A stretch of 64,000 nt of DNA, taken from positions 124,001 through 188,000 of the forward strand of contig LVLI01000305.1 of the NCBI GenBank assembly GCA_001687465.1, in the 5' to 3' direction. The translations under genes and the position numbers were made by a program. This stretch comes from Halocafeteria seosinensis. Taxonomy: Eukaryota. Below the pieces are notes generated by a model. The model was given only the letters and a program-made list of their open reading frames with translations. It was not told the origin of the DNA and did no database searches. This document shows positions 48,101 to 57,402 of this stretch, one piece after another. Every line of letters starts with the position of its first letter. The stretch's first letter is position 1.

Positions 48101-50206
48101 GCGAGATTCCAAGCCATAGAAAGCAAAATGAGTAAATGCGACAAATATGGTCTTGTGCATCGGGAGAAAGTTGATCCTCACCCTTACGTGGCACCGGAGG
48201 TAATTGAAGAGATGGAGTCTCGCTTCCGCCTGCAAGAAGAAGCCTGGGAACTTGATCAGCTTCGCCGTATCAAAGAGGAAGAAGAGTACTCGAACAGAGC
48301 TGACATGGAATTGCTTCAGTTGGATGATAGTGGGAGTGGTACTCGCGAAGAAGCTATGAACAATGCAGTGAAGAAGGGGAGCAAACTGTATTTTGACACA
48401 CTGAGGGATTTGAGGAGAGAGGAGCGCCGACGGGAGCTGTCAGGAAAGCCGTGGGTGTTTCGTCGGGATGTCGACACGGGGAGCTATTTTTATCTAAACG
48501 AGGATACAAAAGAAAGTACATGGGCACGTCCGCGCGTCCTTCTTCGACGCGATGAGCTATTCTTCGTTTCGCATGCTGGATGGGGCCCACTCTTGGGGAT
48601 CAGCAAAATTGCTCACAGCATACTCAGCTGCTTTACGCCTAAAGAGCGTTTACGGTACTCTACGGTGTGCAAGTTTTGGGCTGCTGCAGTGAGACATCCT
48701 ATGTTTATGCATTTCGTTTCAATGGATTCACCGCCGGCCAACTCTGACGAAGAAGTATACCATAAGCGACTCTGGGGCTCTCTGAAGGAGGCAGTGGAGG
48801 CTGCACAATCTGGTGCAACTATAGTTTTGTCGCTGGGATCCCATGCTGTGAACAAGGACGTCATTGTTGACAAACCTGTGCGCATCCTTGCGGAGGGCGC
48901 CAACATTACAGGCGGAGTTGAGCGATATAACGCCGTGCTGTCAGATTGGTTCTTGACGGCTCAGGGAAAGTGGATGCACTGGGCAGACTTCGAGAGATTT
49001 GGCTTGGAACGGGGAACTCCTGTCTTTGATACCCTTTCGAGTTATCTTGAAAACAACAAGGGACAGACGTTGAGACAGACAGCGTCCAATATCCTTCGAA
49101 GTAATGGACCGCAAGTACAGCTTCTTTCTTTGGGGGAGGAGACTGGTGTCTCTCCAAACTCGGTAGGAGTACATTTTGAATACAGCAGTGACTATGGAGG
49201 GCTCGTTCTCTCCTCTGGGTCAAAGACGTCTCTCCTGGCCAACGCTGAGAGATGTTTGGTGCGACTTGAAGGATGCATAATTTGGCGGGCACGCGCAGGG
49301 CTTATTGCGGGCGTGGCTCTCCGCAACGTCAGCACAGCTCACTCAGACGGAAGATCATCTCATGCGATTATGATGGACCCCTGTAGCCGCGTTGATTTGA
49401 TACGTTGCGATATTGGCACTGCCTCTCAATCCTTGTCCCCTATTGTGGGGTTCAATGGGACATCTAGCTGTCCAACTACAGTTCGACTAATCTCTTCCAA
49501 GTTGCATGGCCCGTTTCGACCCCACAATATGCACAGCAAGTCTGTTTGCCCAAGCAGTGGTTTAGTAATGCAAGGCCCCTATTGTAGTTTTTCTTGCTAC
49601 GGGTCTACGATCAAGCATTTTGGTGGCTGTGGAATTGCTCTTTTCGGGAATGCTGTGAATGGCTTAGTTCACCGTTGTTGCCTCGAAGGAAACCGCGCAT
49701 CTGGTATCCGGATTGTTCCCGGGGGCAATGGTGATTCTGCACGGAGTGTTGTATTAATTGATCAGAGCATTCTATTCAACAATGGTTCGAACTCATTGGA
49801 TCTGGGAAGTGGAGTGAATCTATTTCCTTTGGAGAGTAAGTTGCCCGTACGGTCGTCTCTGCTGGCGGATGAAGCAATGCCGCCGCTATCACGGGAGAGT
49901 AAGAATGACATCAGGAAGCAGCTCTTTGGCTCCACCTATACCTGTTTGCTTCTCACTCGGTGGTCCGACATTACTCTTCGGTCGGGTGAGTCGGGTATTT
50001 CAGCGAGGAGCAATGGCTCAAAGCTAGTGGTCACGAAGTCTCAGGAAGTGGGTCAGCAAAGGTCGCCACAGTCTGCCCCGGTTTTACAAGAAGTACTCAA
50101 TTTGCTCAACGAAGATACACAAGTGTCTGCCTCATCTGTCAAGCGTGATTCCAGCCCCAGTTTGCCCGCTGCCTCCACGAAGACGAAATATGCGAGACGG
50201 TGGTAA
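42176..50206 (+). CDS. SWR1: SWR1/SRCAP/PIE1-type H2A.Z chromatin remodeller with C-terminal WW, F-box and beta-helix domains
   Basis: HSA domain (KSHWDFLLGEMQWMAADFRDERK). Split SNF2 ATPase: NGILADEMGLGKTIQTI, ILDEAH, LLTGTPLQNNL, QLRKVCNHPDLF, DCGKLQAL, QAQDRAHRIGQ. Single 2676-aa ORF. Confidence 0.93.
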   Translation: MPPKRGRGRGRGRGRPGTSTPQSQESTSVAHTLSTAQASRSRTVSTMASSSSVSSGSASSSAARIQQDQNREEVKGHEEDDQGDDTDTDSDVTSSSISDDEDEDADSSLRQQEEEERRNSNQRQDEQEELKKLQEEAEQPLHELYEIWEKATGKTLSSAPRNKASHAATPTVSSSSASTTASLRGTSAVRGATGRATAGQNAGKMRSRKVAAQKSANEPNEGSASANGSNVTKRGRGAVTRGRGRGRARGRVDVDKATGESSVSAHHDAHASGGPSTDFVASEGNGQLAHQGTKTGRPKGRGRGGKKTTTGKKNVSGSFEVRTLTDAEARSLEEREEVAVTRLEELVTRRMEEGFVAGYGCKSPFDPTQWDIDKNFEGNEPIKSILPASESTAFCEQLIFCPQGYFDKVGGEELLQNKCSGISAKSMSVQSMQSGTFPLFTPSHLHSLLEPGVMRRLKEYEFEDFYFPPEDAETSGESTIDRIENEGSIDETKAQGQNGKAQKSHWDFLLGEMQWMAADFRDERKKKFNKAKRLAQSALAAYRRREKKALAKAKSFERQRRRRATQISKAVSQHWRKIDKLVIWKHRSRLEAMRREAMDKHLAFLVGQTKKYTKMIAGDILKDNKGRRHSTKRVLPEGDRRRTADGDSASSARPLKRRRTSVASSMPQDDVALDSTREDGDSSSEQYTETSEEADDEGTLEEEERWAEQQRERGELEDEADEVEALKNDLDVPVDQLREQYGYNAGENADTLDYEDNDKSNVDAASGTDSEDGEDFSDDLSEVDDEETLEEEEANRDVNDEQDELNALKDDLDIPIEKLREQYGSGSTDEQTTNDKEYEEASDHGAGKAVKSSSSSSKQHNKRHGSQLELSDSAKRKQSTYGTPFLLRNAERLRGYQLEGLDWLISLHDKRLNGILADEMGLGKTIQTIALIAYLACYRAIWGPHLIVVPTSTILNWEMEFKRWCPALKVKTYFGSPQERKEKREGWTKPNAFHICITSYQMAVKDSTIFRRKQWYYMILDEAHYIKNFKSQRWQTLLTVNSRRRLLLTGTPLQNNLIELWSLMHFLMPDLFRSQSEFKEWFSTPLTAHVEGISQVDSNLINKLHSVLRPFVLRRLKKEVELQLPGKYEKVINCELSKRQRYLYEEYMSRSSTRSTLEGGGFMSMMNVLMQLRKVCNHPDLFEPRPIQSPVHVGALSCHFAPYMLPPAARSASSSEATGFGGAAVVSSKFYWLGDIFHSTDNEIGGSHMETMELSDESQRLASALRNASSLEFSGSFGFGRVHVPLLGFYVPATFQQPHRCLSRTASNLPAYIESLPGVPDSIDIGSHGLCLADLEQGSCSQYAAKRLLELMPNGDTWSTAIGSEENAAFRSSINGCDNDIEPVMRSESHQTLRESTTQSILNSYAIDHSHTIAAVAATGVDVRDIAGSAAASKEESKSDGEQFSEERFRELMNYAIVESKRIRLLRSAKETHRRKEQLKPLLATLAATHYYSGQSREKRANRLANINSKRCRSISNLAMGRDVHEACFIGPSAANESVFLSHGFWRHVPRVRDQLKRARETKESALQPWNYSQTLRKLTRTLPERCTSVSPWIRKLKCYIPKVSAGMTRIEVGSSPHNGVVKTNYVLGAAHTALRRSSTLRHRHEGDNRLAFPDKFLLQFDCGKLQALDQLLRERKAGGHRCLIFTQMTRMLDILEIFLNFHGHMYLRLDGSTSVEERQRLMERFNEDDKVFVFILSTRSGGLGVNLTGADSVIFYDSDWNPSMDTQAQDRAHRIGQTRDVTIYRLITSRTVEENILLKSRQKAEIARLSLQSGGFRTSAQDEDSGTSDFSNLSVLGNSTDLRSIVTGDVRTVHEKTNEANAQDDLRNGEEQQNVVAAMEAVEDEADVAAQRALKTEMEQNANEFDEKEEGVENQNQSSSKQNASTGEANAEGQSKPQEEEDDLLSGVKGLTDVNVSETNSTEGKTVDRVAQAAARFQAIESKMSKCDKYGLVHREKVDPHPYVAPEVIEEMESRFRLQEEAWELDQLRRIKEEEEYSNRADMELLQLDDSGSGTREEAMNNAVKKGSKLYFDTLRDLRREERRRELSGKPWVFRRDVDTGSYFYLNEDTKESTWARPRVLLRRDELFFVSHAGWGPLLGISKIAHSILSCFTPKERLRYSTVCKFWAAAVRHPMFMHFVSMDSPPANSDEEVYHKRLWGSLKEAVEAAQSGATIVLSLGSHAVNKDVIVDKPVRILAEGANITGGVERYNAVLSDWFLTAQGKWMHWADFERFGLERGTPVFDTLSSYLENNKGQTLRQTASNILRSNGPQVQLLSLGEETGVSPNSVGVHFEYSSDYGGLVLSSGSKTSLLANAERCLVRLEGCIIWRARAGLIAGVALRNVSTAHSDGRSSHAIMMDPCSRVDLIRCDIGTASQSLSPIVGFNGTSSCPTTVRLISSKLHGPFRPHNMHSKSVCPSSGLVMQGPYCSFSCYGSTIKHFGGCGIALFGNAVNGLVHRCCLEGNRASGIRIVPGGNGDSARSVVLIDQSILFNNGSNSLDLGSGVNLFPLESKLPVRSSLLADEAMPPLSRESKNDIRKQLFGSTYTCLLLTRWSDITLRSGESGISARSNGSKLVVTKSQEVGQQRSPQSAPVLQEVLNLLNEDTQVSASSVKRDSSPSLPAASTKTKYARRW

Positions 50207-50330
50207 TAGGGAATAGGTAGGTTCATGAAAGAAAATGTTTATACAGCGTAGAGTTCGGCAATAGGTGCGTTGTAATCATTGGTTGAACTGACAAAAATCG
50301 AATGCGGGAAAGTCCACGCTTCGTAGCACT

Positions 50331-52918
50331 TTAAGACTCAGTGGCACCAGCACTCTCCTGATGAATGTTCTTTTGACCAGCAACACCACCAACCTGCTCA
50401 TACATTTGATCAATAGCCTTTTGATATTGTTTTTGGGCTGGTGCACGCTTCAACTTGAATGAAGGAGTTAGCAGATCCTCCGGAGTCCAGGGTTTTGGTT
50501 CCAAATGAATGGACACAACTTTTTCGAAGCCACGGAGATCAGCATCCTTGCCGACGCGTCTCATGTCATCCAAAACAACTTGCTTGAAATTCTCATCATT
50601 ACACAGCTCTTCGAAAGACCTTCCTTCGAACTGCTTCCCTGCTTCAGTGTTGCGGTAGTTACCGTCCACGTAGTCCTGGTCTGGGACTACAATCGCCACT
50701 AAGCTGGACTGGTACGAGTTACCGTATACAAATATTTGTGCAACAAATGGACTCTTCATGTATACGTTTTCTATCTTCTCGGCTGCTACGTATTCACCTT
50801 GAGCCAACTTGAAAATGTTCTTTATTCGGTCGAAGATCCGTAGGTTGCCATTCTCGTCCCACAGTCCTACGTCCCCGCTATGAAGCCATTCGTCAGAATC
50901 GAGCGTTTCTTGTGTCTTCTCAGGGTTTTTGTAGTACCCAAGGAAGACGTTTGGCCCACGGAAGCAAACTTCTCCTCTTCCGTAGCATCGGATGCCCTCC
51001 CGGATCACGTTTCCGTTCTCGTCCACTTCACGCCCATGATACTCGTCCGTTACAAGGTAACCCATTTCGTTTACGCTCTCGAGTCGAACCTCATTGCAAG
51101 CCAGGGGTACTCCGACATGCCCAAGAGAAGCCTGATCTTCGAAAGTCGAGACTGTAGCAGCGGCTGAGCATTCTGTTTGTCCGTAGCCTTCGAGTACTGG
51201 GCATCCAAAAACAACCCTAAGGAACTCCATAACATGTGGTGCGATGGGGGCGGATCCAGTTAGCATGACTTTGCATCTATCTAGGCCTAGATTCTTTTTC
51301 ACCTTGTTCAGGATGACAAGGTCCCACCAGCCATGTGTGAGATGTCCCCCTTTCTTGAGCCAGTACTTCTTTGCTTCCAGTGCACTTTCAAACAAGGACT
51401 TCTTCATCCCACCCAGGCTCTCGAACTTTCCAGTAATTTTATCATAAATTTTGTTGTATAGGCGGGGAACGGATGGAAAAATAGTAGGGCGTAGTTTGGC
51501 AATGTCCTCAGTCAATTTTCTAACATCTCCTTGAAAGAAACCTGCACAAGCTCCATTCATCAGAACGAAGGTCATCACCAGTCTTTCGAAGGCATGAGCC
51601 AAGGGGAGATACGACAGATGCACGTCCCCCGAATCAACATGAACACCCGCGTATAAGGCCCCGGAAGCATCAGATAACAAGTTCTTGTGCGTGGTCATCA
51701 CCTGCAGTCAGTACGCCGAAAAACTACCGCCGTTAAGTGACTGAATGCGCATACGCTTTCAGGGTTGTACATATACTTACACCTTTTGGATTACCGGTCG
51801 TGCCCGATGTGTACACGATTGTGGCTAGGTCATCAGGCTCTGGTTCACGATGCTTTTGTGGATTCCCTTTACCCATTTCTGCCAGCTCAGAAAAACTTCT
51901 AAGAGTTAGCCCCACTTGCTTTGCTTCTTCACGCTGCTCTTCCGTTACATCTTCAAACTGGAAAATGTTGGTGAAATGTTTCATATCTTCACCCTTTTCC
52001 TTTTTTGTTTTGATGAGCGTCTTCGTTTCCACGGCGCTGCAACAAACGCTATGCATGCCGGTCTGGTTCATAATGAAGGAAATCGCTTCGGGACCCAACG
52101 TGTCATACAGAGGCACGAGGATAAGCTTGTAGGCATTGCATGCTTGCTCAGTGACAACCCATTCATAACGATTCTTCGAGTAGATACCAACCAGTTGATA
52201 CCCATCATCATTCGGGGGACATGCATCCAAGTGCAACAGCCCACTGCCAATGTTATCACGCTTCTCAGCGATTTCGTTGTATGTGAACCACACAAATTCT
52301 CCCGCGACACCATCTTCCATTTGGCGATAACCCTGGAACAATACGATACGTAAGGAACAAACCAACCACTTTTACCATGCGCACCACACGTACCAAGCAA
52401 GGTTTCTCGCCAGCCAGGCGGCGGCCCCTTTCGAAAGCGCCATACAGTGTTTGCGCATCGTCGTAAAAGTACGGCTTCAATTCACTAGCGTATTTTGCAT
52501 TCCGACGCACTTCACCCTGTTGCAACGTAAATTCTTCTGTTCCACGACAACGACTGGAGGAGGAATCGAGGACTATTCCAACTTACCAGTCCTTTGGCGT
52601 GGTCTGCAGTGTTGGGCATCACCACGGAGCCATGATACGCTTCCTGCAGTCAGAAAAGGACCAATAACACCCCGTCAATCAATATGGAAGCAAAAACGTC
52701 GCCAATGGGCCGCTCGAAACCACAAAAAAGGTTTTTAGGAGACCCGAGGAAGGAGAGGGACTGGACTGGATTTGCTGCTTGCTATGCACACGATTTTTGC
52801 ACAGCTAGTACTATCCCCTTATCACAGCGTTGCAAAGAAGACTAGCATATCATGCCATGGTGCATGGGGGAGGGCGTCATTAGAAAACGGAACATACCTT
52901 GGATTCAGATCCTCCCAT
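50331..52918 (-). CDS. Long-chain acyl-CoA synthetase (LACS/ACSL family)
   Basis: YTSGTTGNPKG, SYLPLAHAFER, EGYGQTE, GEVCFRGPNVFLGYYK, WLHSGDVG and KLAQGEYVAAEKIEN. Four introns; first exon 52898-52918 encodes MGGSESK. Confidence 0.93.
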
Positions 52919-53723
52919 TTTTGGATTCCGATTTGAATCAAATGGAACTAGGTTAGTTACTTTATTCTCGTTTCTCTATTAGAAAACAAGACATACACAC
53001 CACAGCAAATTGTTGCTGATGATTCTTCTTTGTCAATGTGGGCAACGAAACAAACCTCATCAAACACATACACACACTTAGAAGTTCTATGATAGAACCC
53101 ATGGAAACCTACAAAACCACACGCAACTTCAACATGGGCCCCGAATCTTGCATATCTCAAGCTATACTAGATAGCATGGAAGGTGGAATGGCGATGACAT
53201 GGTCCACTGCATTCGAGAGATCACCCAGTGGTAACACTGGTGTGGAAGAAAACACCCTAACAAACAAGTAGAGAAGTTGCATGGAATTGGTACCAAGAGG
53301 TAATCATCCACAAAAACTTGTTATGCATGTAAGTCGACCGCCTGTATCGTGCATAAATTAAATTAACTACATTGCGTTTAAATGAATGTACACATGGAGA
53401 TGTTTGGTTTAAATATACGGTAATGCTTGTACAACCAACCCACAAGGATCATGTCGTTTCCTGGTTGGTATTTAATACCACTATACCCTTGGAAGCATTC
53501 ACACAACACATTCATGCTATCCGTACTTGGAGAGCTCTTGATGGTAGTACAACCCATTTCCATCAAAGAGATGCTTCAAGGGAAGTGTGACATCATGCTA
53601 GGAGGCAGGGAAACCGCGGCTCGCGCACGTACTACGGAATATTAGTTTGCTAGGATTGTTGAGGAACCATTGTGTTTGTTTTCTCTTGCTCTATCTTTCA
53701 AGTGATTGCTCTGTGTTCATTGA

Positions 53724-55156
<1,433 letters not shown>

Positions 55157-55335
55157 GATTATCTCAAGTCGGTTTCCAGATTAAGAGTTATCATCATCTT
55201 GCATCAGCAGAGCATCGTCAGGCATCGATGATGAATCTGGGCCTCTCTTCTGATAATTCTAGTGAATATCTATCACGCAGATGTAAACATCAATACACTC
55301 TTGGGGTTACCCAGATGCCCTCAGCATAATGGCAA

Positions 55336-55354
55336 GAAAAAAAAAAAAAAAAAA
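55336..55354. repeat. Poly(A) tract between convergent GALE and WDR83
   Basis: Run of ~18 A residues. Confidence 0.8.
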
Positions 55355-55413
55355 TTAGTTTTCGCTCAAAATCATCGATTGGTTTATGCCCATTCACTCC
55401 ATATGTTTTTCCA

Positions 55414-56620
55414 TCAGTTCCATATTCGCACAGTTCCATCAAAGCATGCGGTCAGTATTTGTTTACCAAACAGTTTTGGATTTGTGTCAATGCCGCAGAC
55501 GACGGTGTTATTCTTGTACTGTTCATGTGCCTTATGCTGGAACCTTACCATTTCTTTACCGCTTACAAGTTCCCACAATCGAGCACAGCCTGTTTCATCA
55601 GCACCGACGACATACCTATCTGTTGACATGAATGCTGACTGCAAGGGATATTCACTGTGAATATGCCCACTGTAAGTGGCAAGTTGCTCTCCCATATTCC
55701 AGTCTAGCAAACGAACAGCGCCTCCATGAGTGGCAGCAGTGTGTCGTGCAGAAGTCTTGCTGCTGTTTTCCGAGCCCACATCTGATAGTTCCAGGGTCAA
55801 ATGACGCCTACTCTTTGCTTGCCTCATGCAGGAAGCCAATAGGCAGTCATTGTTGTGGGAGATGGATACATTAGTCACTGGAGATCCTAGATCGTCCTCG
55901 AAGAGTTCTCCTTTTCGAAGATCGTATGTTCTCACCTTCCCATCAACACTCCCTGTTACTACTGCAAATCCATCCGAGTGTACGTCGATGGAGGTGATGC
56001 TATCCGTGGCATCCGAGAGCGTTTGAATGGGTTTTCCTGGACGAGCTCTCAAGTCCCACATTTGCACCGTCTTATCTTCCGATCCGGACAGGAGCACATT
56101 GGAATCGGGTGAGCTGAACCTCACGCAATTGATGTGCCCTTGATGACCAAAACACCTCCGTGTGACCGTATCCTTGGACACACTCCAGACGTAGACAGGT
56201 TTATCGCGGCCACAGGAAGCAAACATGTCATTGTCATGTGCTCTGCACAAATTCCATTCATTCTGCTTACGAGTATGCGCGTGAGCAGTAATAACAGAGA
56301 GGTACTTACACGGCCACATCGTACACAGCACTGCTATGGACTTTATCCCATGTTTTCACCAACATAGCTGTCTCCGTCTCCTGCTTCTTGGATTTCTTTC
56401 TCCGGGGAGGCTCTTCCGGGGAGGTCTGTTCCTCTCCTTCTCCCCGGGAATTCTTATGCGGGTTCCACAGACGGACGGTCTTATCATGCCCTGCCGTCAT
56501 GCAATAGTTGCCATCTGACGTGAATTTGGCTCGAAAGACGGCGCCTCGATGGCCTACACAACGCCGTACTTCGCGGCCCTGCGGCAGATCATCATCCTCT
56601 GCAGACTTGTTGGATGACAT
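55414..56620 (-). CDS. WDR83: WD-repeat protein WDR83/MORG1-like
   Basis: GHRGAVFRAKFTSDGNYCMTAGHDKTVRLWNP, KPIQTLSDATDSITS and VTGSVDGKVRTYDLRKG. Intron 56243-56309. Confidence 0.85.
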
Positions 56621-56662
56621 TAGTTGTTTACTATAGGATGAATACAATTAGTAACAATAATA

Positions 56663-57230
56663 ATGTCTCAAAATCAATCCGGAGGCCGTACACAACCTCC
56701 TCCTCCTCCTCAGCAGCAGCAACAGCAACAGCAGCAACAACAACAACAACAACGACAGTATCAGCATAAGCAGTTGGTGCCGGATATTATACAGCTACGG
56801 GCGATACAGCCCCTTGTTGGAGTCGATGCGCATACCGCCAACGCGAACCCCTACGGAACTATACGCGTGAATGGGATGGGGTTCCTGTCTTTGGTCTCCA
56901 GCACGGCATCTCTCACGCTCTGGAGAGTCTTGGAACGAGGTAAGAATCCAATCCCATCATGCTCCTTTACTTGGCTAGTTTTTTCTTGTACGCCATTGTG
57001 TGTATGTGTGCGTGTGTGGTTTTGCAGCCGAAATTATACGCAGACGACGAGAGGAGTACGCGCAGGCTTTTGGAAGTGAGGGGTCCACAGCCAACATATC
57101 CCGAGCAGATATACTGGAAGCATACAGGCAATTGAACGCGGAGGGACGTATCCATCCCAAGACGCAAACTCGCGCAATGCGAGAAGGATCACAAGCGCAG
57201 CCATTTCACAAAATGGAAGGGTTCAGGTAA
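56663..57230 (+). CDS. Small histone-fold protein, TAF11-like (divergent), poly-P/poly-Q N-terminus
   Basis: Intron 56940-57027 gives LTLWRVLERAEIIRRRREE...ISRADILEAYRQLNAEGRI, resembling the TAF11 end (VEEA...HxREAxRRL..G.I). Confidence 0.5.
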
Positions 57231-57402
57231 CATCTGGATATCACTTTGTTGCTAACGCTACTGTAGTACGGCAGGCCACGCAAGTGTGCGTAGAATGATG
57301 GACACACGGTGGAATGAACGAAACTACACATGAGAGGAAGTTGGTACACGTATAAATACCATAGGTATATTCTTGTCAATGAATAGCCCAACCGAGGATC
57401 GT

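Noticed and set aside
50300..50330. GGAAAGTCC motif reminiscent of RNase P/MRP RNA
   Set aside because: It lies in a 124-bp gap between convergent genes with no room or complementary P4 strand evident.
52930..53650. Short ORFs between LACS and GALE as a possible transposon relic
   Set aside because: No transposase/RT motifs, terminal repeats or target-site duplication seen.
55336..55354. Poly(A) tract as a retroposon tail
   Set aside because: No flanking target-site duplication or upstream SINE-like body recognised.
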